DNA of 64,000 nucleotides from NCBI RefSeq assembly GCF_057098645.1, contig NZ_CM169472.1; one strand, 5' to 3'. Shown piece by piece: positions 53,938 to 64,000 of this stretch (position 1 is its first letter; each line of letters starts with the position of its first letter). The notes under the pieces were generated by a model. It saw only the letters and a program-made list of their open reading frames with translations, ran no database searches and was not told where the DNA came from. The position numbers and the translations under genes were made by a program.

Positions 53938-55565
53938 CTGTTCGACCTCTCCCCGTCCCAGGGTATCTGGACAAAAAATTGTGTGAAAATCCCGGGTTCC
54001 GATTCCACGGCGATGCTGCCGCCGAGATTTTCTACCTGTTGTTTGACAAGTGCTAAACCGACGCCTCGCTCGCTTCCTTTTGTCGAGACACCTTTGTCAA
54101 AAATGTGATCGATTTTGTCGGGTGCGATCCCCGGTCCATCATCGTTAACTTCGCAGTGCAGCCAGCCGTGACGGTAGTGCAATGTTACGCTAATTTCGCC
54201 ACCGGGTTCCGGCCCTAATGCTTCCAGCGCGTTTTCTATCAGATTTCCCAATGTGGTAATCAGCGTCGCGACCTGGTCCTCACTGCCGCTGTCTGGCAGC
54301 TGGCTTTCACTGTTTAAAATCAGCGTATGGCCTAAATCGGTCGCGCGGTTAATCTTGCTGATTAAAAAACCAGCGATAACCGGAGATTTGATCTTACCCA
54401 GCAGAGAGCCAATCTCTTCCTGATAGTTATTGGCTGTTTTGAGAATGTAATCTTCCAACTGCTTATAACTCTTCAGATGCAATAATCCGAGAATCACATG
54501 CAATTTATTCATAAATTCGTGGGATCGTTCACGAAGTGCGTCAGCATAGTTGACCAGACCATCGAGTCGCTGCATCAGTTTACGTACTTCAGTTTTGTCC
54601 CTGAAGGTTGAAATGGCACCGATGATAACGCCATTACTGCGCACCGGAACGGTGTTGATCAGTAATAGCCGATCTTTAATCGTAATCTCTTCGTCGCGGC
54701 GCGGGGTACCGTCGCGTAACACTTCCGAGACATCTACCACCTGTGACCACGAGTGGCTGAGCGTCGACAGTTTCTCATCGTCCTGCGACTTACGGTAATT
54801 CAGCAATTCTTGTGCGGCATCGTTGATCAGCGTGACCTCGCCGCGATCGTCCACGGCAACGACGCCTTCTTTGATAGACTGCAACATGGCCTGGCGTTGC
54901 TCAAACAGCGTGGAGATTTCGTAGGGTTCCAGGCCGAAAAGGATTTTTTTCAGTACTTTAACCAGAATGCAGGTGCCAATCAGTCCGACCAGCATGCCAA
55001 ATAATACTGACCAGATAATGCTCCAGCGACTGTCATTGATCTGTTGGGTCACGCGGCTTAACTCAAGGCCGATCGCCACCACGCCAATTTGTTTATGATT
55101 TTCATCGTAGATGGGGGTAAATACGCGTAAAGCCTGCGCCAGAAAACCGCGATTGATAGCGACATTTTCTTCGCCATTCAGCGCTTTAAGGATGTCATCA
55201 CCTTTAAATGGCTGACCAATACGCTGGGCTTCAGGATGCGAGTAGCGAAGACTTTGCATATTGGTAACGACAATAAACAGCAGATCGTTGCGTTTGCGTA
55301 CGGCTTCTGCGATGGCCTGGATGCCGCTCTCCTGCGGTTTTTTCTGCAAGCCCTGACGGATTTCCGGCGAGTCGGCGAGAGTACGCGCCACTGCCAGTGC
55401 CTTGTTGGCTAGCCCGTCTCGCGTCATATCACTGATTTGCGAGAAGTAAATCAGATGCACCACCAATAGCACCGAGAACAGTACCGCGCTGACCATTAAG
55501 ATCACTGTGGTACTCAATTTCATCGGACGTTTGCGTAACATGCGGTAGGGCAATGAATGTCTCAT
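53934..55565 (-). CDS. dcuS: C4-dicarboxylate sensor kinase DcuS
   Basis: 543 aa; 2 TM, periplasmic PAS, cytoplasmic PAS, kinase domain; 4-nt overlap with dcuR. Confidence 0.9.
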   Translation of the reverse strand: MRHSLPYRMLRKRPMKLSTTVILMVSAVLFSVLLVVHLIYFSQISDMTRDGLANKALAVARTLADSPEIRQGLQKKPQESGIQAIAEAVRKRNDLLFIVVTNMQSLRYSHPEAQRIGQPFKGDDILKALNGEENVAINRGFLAQALRVFTPIYDENHKQIGVVAIGLELSRVTQQINDSRWSIIWSVLFGMLVGLIGTCILVKVLKKILFGLEPYEISTLFEQRQAMLQSIKEGVVAVDDRGEVTLINDAAQELLNYRKSQDDEKLSTLSHSWSQVVDVSEVLRDGTPRRDEEITIKDRLLLINTVPVRSNGVIIGAISTFRDKTEVRKLMQRLDGLVNYADALRERSHEFMNKLHVILGLLHLKSYKQLEDYILKTANNYQEEIGSLLGKIKSPVIAGFLISKINRATDLGHTLILNSESQLPDSGSEDQVATLITTLGNLIENALEALGPEPGGEISVTLHYRHGWLHCEVNDDGPGIAPDKIDHIFDKGVSTKGSERGVGLALVKQQVENLGGSIAVESEPGIFTQFFVQIPWDGERSNR

Positions 55566-55745
55566 CAGCTTCCTTGTGTGACAAATTTCTTAAGCATTAT
55601 CTCTGATGAGGCGGGTAATTCAAAGGGAGTAAGAATGATTGGCTATATAGGGGAAGAGACTCTGGCAACGGAAACTGCCAGTGCTGTATGAAGATTCCGG
55701 GGCTATGCTTATAGTGAAAACCATACTGATGAGAGAGGGAAGGTC

Positions 55746-55976
55746 ATGGATCAGGCGCTACTGGACGGGGGTTATCGCTGTTATACCGGCGAAAAGATCG
55801 ATGTCTATTTCAACACTGCGATATGTCAGCATTCTGGCAATTGCGTACGTGGCAACGGCAAGTTATTTAATCTCAAACGAAAGCCGTGGATCATGCCGGA
55901 TGAAGTCGACGTTGCCACTGTGGTGAAAGTGATTGATACGTGCCCGAGTGGTGCGCTGAAATACCGTCATAAATAA
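55746..55976 (+). CDS. yjdI: Small Cys-rich protein YjdI
   Basis: 76 aa; synteny. Confidence 0.8.
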   Translation: MDQALLDGGYRCYTGEKIDVYFNTAICQHSGNCVRGNGKLFNLKRKPWIMPDEVDVATVVKVIDTCPSGALKYRHK

Positions 55977-55987
55977 GCGAGGGTAAA

Positions 55988-56260
55988 ATGGAAATACGCG
56001 AAGGCTACAATAAATTTTACATTAATGACGAACAAGGCAAGCAAATCGCTGAAATTGTCTTTGTGCCGACCGGAGAGAATTTAGCGATTATCGAACATAC
56101 CGATGTCGATGAAAGCCTGAAAGGGCAAGGGATCGGTAAACAGCTGGTTGCGAAAGTCGTGGAAAAAATGCGTCGGGAAAAACGAAAAATTATCCCATTA
56201 TGTCCATTTGCGAAACACGAATTTGATAAAACGCGGGAGTATGATGATATTCGCAGTTGA
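55988..56260 (+). CDS. yjdJ: GNAT-like small protein YjdJ
   Basis: 90 aa; synteny. Confidence 0.8.
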   Translation: MEIREGYNKFYINDEQGKQIAEIVFVPTGENLAIIEHTDVDESLKGQGIGKQLVAKVVEKMRREKRKIIPLCPFAKHEFDKTREYDDIRS

Positions 56261-56486
56261 TGGAAGAGTACAGATTCACGATATTTTTCATGCTCTCCGC
56301 GGAGTGATGCAGGAGAGCATCTGAAGGGTAGGGGGATGCACAAAGAATGGGCAGAGAGAGCGTTTTTTTGTCCCAAGTCATCCCCTTTACTGAGCAAAAA
56401 AAAGAATATCTCCTATATGAGAATCATCAATCGGGGTTAATAAGTTTTGCGTCCCCAGAGCGTTTAATATTGATAGGAGTCATATT

Positions 56487-56783
56487 ATGGAAGGTAAAAA
56501 CAAGTTCAATACTTATGTTGTTTCTTTTGATTATCCATCATCTTATTCCTCAGTGTTCTTAAGGTTAAGATCATTGATGTATGATATGAATTTCTCTTCT
56601 ATCGTGGCTGATGAATATGGGATACCACGACAATTGAATGAAAATTCCTTCGCAATAACGACATCGTTAGCCGCAAGTGAAATCGAAGATTTAATCAGGC
56701 TTAAATGCTTAGACTTACCGGATATTGACTTTGACCTCAACATTATGACAGTTGATGACTATTTCCGTCAGTTTTACAAATAG
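56487..56783 (+). CDS. ghoS: Type V antitoxin GhoS (sequence-specific endoribonuclease)
   Basis: 98 aa MEGKNKFNTYVVSFDYPSSYS...; precedes ghoT. Confidence 0.85.
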   Translation: MEGKNKFNTYVVSFDYPSSYSSVFLRLRSLMYDMNFSSIVADEYGIPRQLNENSFAITTSLAASEIEDLIRLKCLDLPDIDFDLNIMTVDDYFRQFYK

Positions 56784-56810
56784 CCAGGAAGGATAAGAAG
56801 AACATAAAAA

Positions 56811-56984
56811 ATGGCACTATTCTCTAAAATATTAATTTTTTATGTGATTGGTGTGAACATATCCTTTGTCATTATCTGGTTTATCTCACATGAGAAAACA
56901 CATATTCGTTTACTTAGTGCATTCCTGGTCGGAATAACCTGGCCAATGAGTCTGCCTGTGGCATTACTTTTTTCTCTCTTTTAG
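56811..56984 (+). CDS. ghoT: Small membrane toxin GhoT (57 aa)
   Basis: MALFSKILIFYVIGVNISFVIIWFISHEKTHIRLLSAFLVGITWPMSLPVALLFSLF; below ORF-track cutoff; 27 nt after ghoS. Confidence 0.8.
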   Translation: MALFSKILIFYVIGVNISFVIIWFISHEKTHIRLLSAFLVGITWPMSLPVALLFSLF

Positions 56985-57059
56985 GAGCTGTAGTTGAGTG
57001 GACCCGCTGGTTATCGTGAAACGAAGCGTCTCTCCTCAAAACTGGATTTGCGGAACGAT

Positions 57060-57089
57060 GAACGAAGCAGTCGCCTGACTGCTTCGTTC
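57060..57089. terminator. Shared hairpin between convergent ghoT and lysU
   Basis: Perfect 13-bp inverted repeat GAACGAAGCAGTC-GCCT-GACTGCTTCGTTC, 13 nt past the lysU stop. Confidence 0.65.
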
Positions 57090-57102
57090 ATTAAAGTGAA
57101 AT

Positions 57103-58620
57103 TTATTTCTGTGGGCGCATCGCCGGGAAGAGAATAACGTCGCGAATAGTATGGCTGTTAGTAAACAGCATAATCATTCGGTCGATACCAATACCCAGAC
57201 CAGCGGTTGGCGGCAGACCATATTCCAGCGCAGTCACGTAATCTTCGTCATAGAACATGGCTTCGTCGTCACCTGCAGCTTTAGCGTTAACCTGTTCCTG
57301 GAAACGTTCAGCCTGATCTTCTGCGTCGTTTAATTCGCTAAAACCATTACCGATTTCACGACCACCGATGAAGAATTCAAAACGGTCGGTGATTTCCGGG
57401 TTAACATCATTACGGCGCGCCAGCGGGGACACTTCTGCCGGATATTCCGTAATAAAGGTTGGCTGAATCAGATGTGCTTCTGCCACTTCATCAAAGATCT
57501 CCGTGACAATACGTCCCAGCCCCCAGCTTTTCTCTACCGTAATTCCGATAGATTCAGCTAATGCTTTAGCAGCATCAAAATTATCCAGGTCGGCCATATC
57601 GGTTTCTGGACGATATTTTTTGATTGCTTCGCGCATGGTGAGTTTTTCAAACGGTTTGCCGAAATCAAACACATGCTCGCCATAAGTGACTTTAGTGGTA
57701 CCCAGAACCTCTTGTGCCAGGGTGCGGAACAGTGACTCTGTCAGTTCAATCAAATCGTGGTAATCCGCATACGCCATGTAGAGTTCCATCATTGTGAACT
57801 CAGGATTATGGCGAACAGAAATACCTTCATTACGGAAGTTACGGTTGATTTCGAATACCCGTTCAAAACCGCCTACAACCAGACGTTTCAGATACAGCTC
57901 CGGCGCGATACGCAGATACATATCTAAATCCAGAGCATTATGATGGGTAATAAACGGGCGAGCAGATGCCCCACCTGGAATTACCTGCATCATCGGGGTT
58001 TCTACTTCCATAAAGCCGCGCGCGACCATGAACTGACGGATAGCGGCCAGAATTTTTGAACGGACAACAAACGTTTGACGGGATTTATCGTTAGCGATGA
58101 GGTCCAGATAACGTTGACGATAACGGACTTCCTGATCCTGCAGACCATGGAATTTATCTGGTAAAGGACGTAGTGCTTTTGTCAGCAGGCGCAACTCAGT
58201 ACAGTGAATGGAAAGCTCGCCCGTTTGCGTCTTAAACAGCGTACCGCGGGCACCGATAATGTCACCCAGATCCCATTTTTTAAACTGATCGTTATAAACA
58301 CCTTCTGGCAGGCTATCTCGTGCGACGTACAGTTGAATACGGCCACCGACATCCTGCAACGTTACAAAGGAGGCTTTCCCCATGATACGACGGGTCATCA
58401 TTCGGCCAGCAACCGAGACTTCAATGTTTAAGGATTCCAGTTCCTGGTTATCCTTCGCATCAAACTCTTCGTGCAACTGGTCAGAGGTATGGTCGCGGCG
58501 AAAATCATTGGGAAACGCCACACCTTGCTGACGTAGTGCCGCCAGTTTTTCGCGGCGATTTCTCAGTTCATCGTTAAAATCAATAGCCTCATTGGCTCCC
58601 CGTGTTTCTTGTTCAGACAT
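57103..58620 (-). CDS. lysU: Lysyl-tRNA synthetase, inducible isoform LysU
   Basis: 505 aa from [20 protein letters not shown]; class II aaRS motifs; position next to dtpC/cadA. Confidence 0.9.
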
Positions 58621-58856
58621 TTTGGTTCCTCTAAATCCAGCTTTCAATTTAGCGTAGATAAAGAGACAGATCGGTACACTGTATTATCTGCCTCGACTAT
58701 TAGTAACTCAGTTTATCTTATCGAAACTAACGCTTACCTCAAGTTGATATCACTAATAAATAACCATCAAAATGGTTTAAATGACTTATTAATATCGATT
58801 TGCTAGTGTTATAAACTGAAAGTTAATTTATTCATAACCAATTGTTTTTACGACAG

Positions 58857-60314
58857 TTAATCGTTGCTCTCCTGTACCATATTCGTCGGCGTGCTAAACA
58901 GGAAACGGGTAGCAAAGGCCAATACGACGATGATCGCGACACAAGCCAACGTCCACTCTCCCATCTGAGAAAAGAATCGCTGGTAAGCTGCAATTGCCAT
59001 ACCGCTAATTTGCGACTCTGTCGTCTGCTGTGCCACTACGCCTGCCAGCCAGTTGGCGACCGCGCCTGTTGCCAGCATATAAATCCCGGTTAATACGCCA
59101 GACATTTTCAGACGCGTGATTTGCGCAATCGCCACCGGGTCAATAAAGAGTTCGGCAAAGCCCATTAGCGCCAACCCGGATATCATCACGCCCATTGACG
59201 CTTGACCGTCAGCCGCTGCATGTCGGGCATCAAATGCCAGCAACATAAAGCCACAAGCCATCAGCAGTAAGCCAAAGGCAAACTTCAGCCAGACGCGCAA
59301 TGTTGAGTTGCCGTGGCTTTCTGGCGACGCCAGCCAGGCCAGAACAACCCCAGCGAGCATCACCGCAATTGCATTCACCGACTGGAATAGTGCAGTAGGT
59401 ACTTCAATATTGAATGCCTGACGATTCACAAAGCGATCGATAAACAGACTGATGGTACTGCCGCCCTGTTGTGCCAGTACCCAGAACAATGTCCCGACAA
59501 ACATCAACAATACAATTTGCCAAAGAGCACGGCGGTGTTCGGGGAATTTGATCATCATGCGGGCAATGATTTGTGCGGCGATAAGGCAAACGATCGCCAG
59601 CAAATATCCGGACCAGTCGTTCTCCAGCAGCAGAGTAAAAAATACTGGGGCTAAACAGAGCATCACCACTAACCAGCTCCATACTGGTAAGGCAAATTTG
59701 ACACTAGTGAGCGCTTTTTTATCCATACTACGCGTGGACTGGAAATGACGATGCCCGCTTAAGAAAATCAACAAACCGATAAACATGCCGCCACCCGCAA
59801 GGGCAAAGCCAACATGCCATCCATACCACTGAGCAGCCAGGCCGCAGGCGATTGGGGCGGCGATAGAACCGATATTGCCCGCAGCATACAGCAGCGAAAA
59901 ACCGCCATCACGTCGATGATCGTTCTCGTCGTAGAGCTCGCCAAGCAAACAGCTGATGTTTGATTTGAATAAACCGTAGCCACAAATAATGATTGCCAGC
60001 GCCAGATACAGGCTAAAGGTTGAATTTGTATCAATGCCCAGCACCACATGGCCAAGAGTCATTAACAGCGCGCCGGCAATCACTGCAGTGCGGTTGCCGA
60101 GCAGGCGGTCGGCAAGCCAGCCGCCGAGAATAGGGGTAACGTAAACCAGAGAAGCATATGCGCTGAACAGGCTGATGGCATGGTTATCATCAAAACCAAG
60201 CTGATGGGTGAGATAGAGAATGAGTAAGGCACGCATGCCGTAAAAACTGAAGTACTCCCAGATTTGGATCGCCACGATATAGTATATCGCGCGCGGCTGT
60301 GAGGGTGTTTTCAT
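58857..60314 (-). CDS. dtpC: Di/tripeptide:H+ permease DtpC (YjdL; POT family)
   Basis: 485 aa MFS/POT transporter; TAAGGAGA RBS. Confidence 0.9.
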   Translation of the reverse strand: MKTPSQPRAIYYIVAIQIWEYFSFYGMRALLILYLTHQLGFDDNHAISLFSAYASLVYVTPILGGWLADRLLGNRTAVIAGALLMTLGHVVLGIDTNSTFSLYLALAIIICGYGLFKSNISCLLGELYDENDHRRDGGFSLLYAAGNIGSIAAPIACGLAAQWYGWHVGFALAGGGMFIGLLIFLSGHRHFQSTRSMDKKALTSVKFALPVWSWLVVMLCLAPVFFTLLLENDWSGYLLAIVCLIAAQIIARMMIKFPEHRRALWQIVLLMFVGTLFWVLAQQGGSTISLFIDRFVNRQAFNIEVPTALFQSVNAIAVMLAGVVLAWLASPESHGNSTLRVWLKFAFGLLLMACGFMLLAFDARHAAADGQASMGVMISGLALMGFAELFIDPVAIAQITRLKMSGVLTGIYMLATGAVANWLAGVVAQQTTESQISGMAIAAYQRFFSQMGEWTLACVAIIVVLAFATRFLFSTPTNMVQESND

Positions 60315-60330
60315 GTGTTCTCCTTATGAG

Positions 60331-60360
60331 CAAAAAAGGGAAGTGGCAAGCCACTTCCCT
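60331..60360 (-). terminator. Rho-independent terminator of cadA
   Basis: GGGAAGTGGC-AA-GCCACTTCCC hairpin followed by T6 in cadA sense, about 15 nt after the cadA stop. Confidence 0.75.
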
Positions 60361-60372
60361 TGTACGAGCTAA

Positions 60373-62520
60373 TTATTTTTTGCTTTCTTCTTTCAATACC
60401 TTAACGGTATAGCGGCCATCAGCCTGACGGTATGCACCGTGAATATCGGTTTCAAAGCCCGGATAGTGAGCGCCGATTTCACACAGCATCTGCAGGAACT
60501 CCAGAACCGGACGGCTTTCTTCGGTGATCATTTCACCCGGCATTACCAGAGGAACTCCCGGCGGATACGGAAGGATCATATTGGCGTTAATACGACCTAC
60601 CATTTCGTCGAGGTAAACTTCTTCGGTCATACCGTGCAGCTCTTTCTGGAACGCAGCATACGGAGTCATTACCATCGTCGGCAGCACTTCAAATGCGCGA
60701 TACATCAGATCCGGCAGATTGTGGTGAACAATCAGTTTGTGGATATTCTGAGCCAGTTCCTGAATACGCATGTTTTCATAGAATTCAGGATCTTCACGAT
60801 ACAGAGACGGCAGCATGTTTTTCACACGCAGGTTCAGGTCGAACGCACGTTTGAAGTCAGTCAGAGCACGCAGCAGGCTCAGTGCTTTGGTCTTATCGAT
60901 ACCGATGCTGAACAGGAACAGCAGGTTATACGGACCGGTTTTCTCAACAACGATGCCATGTTCGTCGAGGTATTTCGCCACGATGCTGGCCGGAATACCG
61001 AAGTCGCTCATGGTGCCGTCTTTTTCCATCCCCGGAGTCAGCAGGGTGACTTTGATCGGGTCAAGATACATGTGCTCATTATCGATGTTTTTGAAGCCGT
61101 GCCAGGTGCTGTCAGAACGCAGCGGCCAGCATTCAGTCGTATCGATATGATCCGGCTGCCATACATCAAAGAACCAGCCATCAGATTCCGTTCTCAGACG
61201 TTTGATCTCTTTACGGAATTTGATCGCACGTTCAATGGAACCGTTGATCAGACGCTTACCAGCATTACCTTTCATCATCGCCGCAGCGGTTTCAGTGGAC
61301 GCCACGATACCGTAGTGCGGAGAAGTGGTGGTGTGCATCATGTAGGCTTCGTTAAAGGTTTCTTCGTTTACGTCACCTTTAACGTGGATCATGGAAGCCT
61401 GAGAGAACGCCGCCAGCAGTTTGTGAGTAGACTGGGTTTCGTAAATCACTTTCCCTTCTACACGGCCACCGCTCATACCGCATTTACCTTCGTAAATCGG
61501 TGAGAAGTTGGTGTAAGGCACCCACGCGGAGTCAAAGTGGATGGATTTCACATCCAGTGTTTTCTTGATGAAGTCGGTGTTGTACAGCAGACCATCATAG
61601 GTAGAGTTGGTAATTACAGCATGTACCGGCCAGGTTGCGTTTGGTGTTTCTTTCACGCGCTTAGCAATGGTAGCGTGCTGGAATTCACTCTGTGGGATAC
61701 CACCAAGAATACCGTAAGCGTTACGGGTCGGGCGGAAATAGATTGGCGTAACATCGCTCATCATCATCAGGTGGGTCAGCGATTTGTGGCAGTTACGGTC
61801 AATCAGAATGGTGCTGCCTGCCGGAGCAGAGTACATACCAACAATTTTGTTCGCAGTGGAAGTACCGTTGGTCACCATGTAGCTGCGGTCTGCGTTAAAG
61901 ACGCGAGCGATATACTGTTCTGCTTCTTTGTGTGGACCACTGTGATCCAGCAGAGAACCCAGTTCAGATACTGAAATGGAAATATCAGATTTCATGGTAT
62001 TCGGACCAAAGAAATCATAGAACAGGCTACCTACCGGGCTTTTCTGGAATGCAGTACCGCCCATGTGACCAGGAGTACAGAAAGTATATTTACCTTCACG
62101 AACATATTTAAACAGTGCTTTAGTCAGCGGAGGCAGAATAGTGTTGATATATTCGTCAGTGGTCTGCTTGATCTTGTTAGCAATATCTTCAGCAGCACCC
62201 AGCGCATATTCAAAGAAGCTAATCTGTAAACGCAGGTCATTCAGGCTTACATCGAGAGTGGAATACGTATTAGCGAACGCGTACAACGGCAGGTTCTCGT
62301 TCATTTTGCTAATTTCTTCGCACAGCTCGAGATTATATTTATCCCAGTCAAAAATAACGCCGCACAGACGCGCATTGTTTTCGATCAGTTTTAATAAGTC
62401 GTCACGGTCGTTCGGGTAAACAATCTGGAAGTTCAGACGTTCAAGCGCGCGATGAAGTTCACGGATGGGTTCTTCTTTAAAATAAACCCCCATGTGATTC
62501 AATATTGCAATAACGTTCAT
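60373..62520 (-). CDS. cadA: Inducible lysine decarboxylase CadA
   Basis: 715 aa from MNVIAILNHMGVYFKEEPIREL; PLP motif ETQSTHKLL. Confidence 0.95.
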   Translation of the reverse strand: MNVIAILNHMGVYFKEEPIRELHRALERLNFQIVYPNDRDDLLKLIENNARLCGVIFDWDKYNLELCEEISKMNENLPLYAFANTYSTLDVSLNDLRLQISFFEYALGAAEDIANKIKQTTDEYINTILPPLTKALFKYVREGKYTFCTPGHMGGTAFQKSPVGSLFYDFFGPNTMKSDISISVSELGSLLDHSGPHKEAEQYIARVFNADRSYMVTNGTSTANKIVGMYSAPAGSTILIDRNCHKSLTHLMMMSDVTPIYFRPTRNAYGILGGIPQSEFQHATIAKRVKETPNATWPVHAVITNSTYDGLLYNTDFIKKTLDVKSIHFDSAWVPYTNFSPIYEGKCGMSGGRVEGKVIYETQSTHKLLAAFSQASMIHVKGDVNEETFNEAYMMHTTTSPHYGIVASTETAAAMMKGNAGKRLINGSIERAIKFRKEIKRLRTESDGWFFDVWQPDHIDTTECWPLRSDSTWHGFKNIDNEHMYLDPIKVTLLTPGMEKDGTMSDFGIPASIVAKYLDEHGIVVEKTGPYNLLFLFSIGIDKTKALSLLRALTDFKRAFDLNLRVKNMLPSLYREDPEFYENMRIQELAQNIHKLIVHHNLPDLMYRAFEVLPTMVMTPYAAFQKELHGMTEEVYLDEMVGRINANMILPYPPGVPLVMPGEMITEESRPVLEFLQMLCEIGAHYPGFETDIHGAYRQADGRYTVKVLKEESKK

Positions 62521-62599
62521 AGTCATATCTCCAGGTAAAAAAGGCCCCTCCCAACACATGGGACAAAATGAAAGGAGGAGCCTCGGAAAATACTTTTAA

Positions 62600-63934
62600 T
62601 TAATGTGCGTTAGACGCGGTGTGGTTATCCATTGAGTGGCTCTGGCGCTCGTGCATTTTGCGAGCGTAGAACATCAGGATAATCAGGCTGACGATGAAGG
62701 TACCTGCCAGCTCGAAGGAGCTTGCGCCCATCAGCGCGATGAAGCAGAACACGCAACCCAGTACAGAGCAGATCAGGCTGACAAAGTTGCGGATGTTAAC
62801 GCCTTCAAAACGAATCAGGTCAACGCAAGAGTAGAAGTACGGCAGCATAGTCAGCAGTACTGCGATACCGGTCAGTTCACCGAACAGGTCAGATGCTTTA
62901 CCACCGGCAGAGTTCATCAGAGTGATGAGGATCATCAGGGCAGTCATTTTCACTGCAGCCAGCAGCAGACCTTTTTTCGGAATACCGTTGCTGTCGACTT
63001 CACCATAAACTTTCGGGAAGTTACCGTCGTTAGCGGCACGTACACCTGCCTGGCCTACCAACATCATCCAGGAGCCCAGAGAAGTCAGGCACGCAAAGGC
63101 GGTGAATGCAGAAACCAGCGGCGCAGCCCAGTTACCGAGGATAGTTGAAGCACTGATTGCAAACGGAGCACCGGAAGCCGCCATTACAGAAGACGGATAC
63201 ATACCGGAAAGCACCTGAGTCGCAGCGATATAAACAATACCTGCTAAACCAGTACCCAGCATGGTTGCCAGCGGAACGGTACGTTTCGGGTTTTTAACCA
63301 TACCAGTACTTACTGCTGCGGATTCAACACCCACGAAGGCCCACAGGCAGAGCAGAATACTTTTAATGATCGCATGACCATCAGTGGTATCCGCAGTATT
63401 CCAGTTAGCTGCATAAGTTGCCGCATCAAACCAATGCCAGCCAACAATAGCAGTCATCACCACAGGAATAAGAACCAGCACCAGACCAATAGTGGTTAAA
63501 CGGCTTACCCAGGTACCGCCGAGCATATTTACAAAGGTAAATACCCAGACGATAGCAATACAGGCGATACCCGCCGGAACAGGATCATTTAATACTGGGA
63601 AGAAGGTGGAAAGATAAGATACAGCGGTAATACCAATCGCCAGGTTACCAATCCAGTTAGCATGGTAATAAAGAACACCTGTCTGAAAACCAAATGCAGG
63701 AGAAATTTCTCCGGCATAAGCAATTGGGCCACCTTGTTGCGGGTTTTTTGTTGCCAGTCGGGCATATACATACGCCAGCGACATTGCACCAATAATAGAG
63801 ATAATCCAACCCCAGATAGCAATACCACCGATACTTGCTAGGTTCGCAGGTAATAATGCAATACCGCTCCCCATCATATTACCGGCAACAACACCGGTAC
63901 AGGCAAATAGCCCGATCTTCTTGGCAGAACTCAT
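62600..63934 (-). CDS. cadB: Lysine:cadaverine antiporter CadB (APC family)
   Basis: 444 aa; AGGAG RBS at window end; Pcad and the CadC sites lie beyond position 64000. Confidence 0.9.
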   Translation of the reverse strand: MSSAKKIGLFACTGVVAGNMMGSGIALLPANLASIGGIAIWGWIISIIGAMSLAYVYARLATKNPQQGGPIAYAGEISPAFGFQTGVLYYHANWIGNLAIGITAVSYLSTFFPVLNDPVPAGIACIAIVWVFTFVNMLGGTWVSRLTTIGLVLVLIPVVMTAIVGWHWFDAATYAANWNTADTTDGHAIIKSILLCLWAFVGVESAAVSTGMVKNPKRTVPLATMLGTGLAGIVYIAATQVLSGMYPSSVMAASGAPFAISASTILGNWAAPLVSAFTAFACLTSLGSWMMLVGQAGVRAANDGNFPKVYGEVDSNGIPKKGLLLAAVKMTALMILITLMNSAGGKASDLFGELTGIAVLLTMLPYFYSCVDLIRFEGVNIRNFVSLICSVLGCVFCFIALMGASSFELAGTFIVSLIILMFYARKMHERQSHSMDNHTASNAH

Positions 63935-64000
63935 GCTCTTCTCCTAATTTCATTTTTGAATTTGGAGTCCGGGTCATGATGTATAACTATTTCCTGACCA

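Noticed and set aside
60439..61503. 354-aa plus-strand ORF
   Set aside because: Antisense to cadA; same reasoning.

Overview
This window is an Escherichia coli chromosomal segment collinear with the K-12 fdhF-to-cadB region. All calls rest on reading the six-frame translations against remembered protein families; no database search was run. Coordinates of features not in the ORF track are hand-counted and may be off by 1-2 nt. Gene content in order: fdhF (partial, with in-frame selenocysteine UGA), ytcA-mdtNOP efflux operon, yjcS sulfatase, an accessory island, yjdP, the 14-gene phnC-phnP C-P lyase operon, yjdN, phnA, crfC-yjcZ, proP, pmrR, eptA-basRS, adiC-adiY-adiA, melR/melAB, yjdF, fumB-dcuB, dcuSR, yjdIJ, ghoST, lysU, dtpC and cadBA. 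The one clearly accessory segment (about 8.5-18.3 kb) sits where K-12 carries the als/rpiB genes. It holds an rbs-like ABC transporter operon extended by a cupin D-lyxose-type isomerase, a class II aldolase and a pfkB kinase, bracketed by an OmpR-family response regulator gene and an HPt-less hybrid sensor kinase gene. I believe this island occurs in O157:H7-type and other non-K-12 E. coli and that its isomerase has been characterised in vitro, but its physiological substrate and regulation are, as far as I know, unresolved; it is the best candidate for an under-described system here. Other strain-level points: phnE is intact (K-12 carries a frameshifted allele), and yjcZ carries an in-frame TAG. 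No rRNA, tRNA, CRISPR array, IS element or integrase was recognised.
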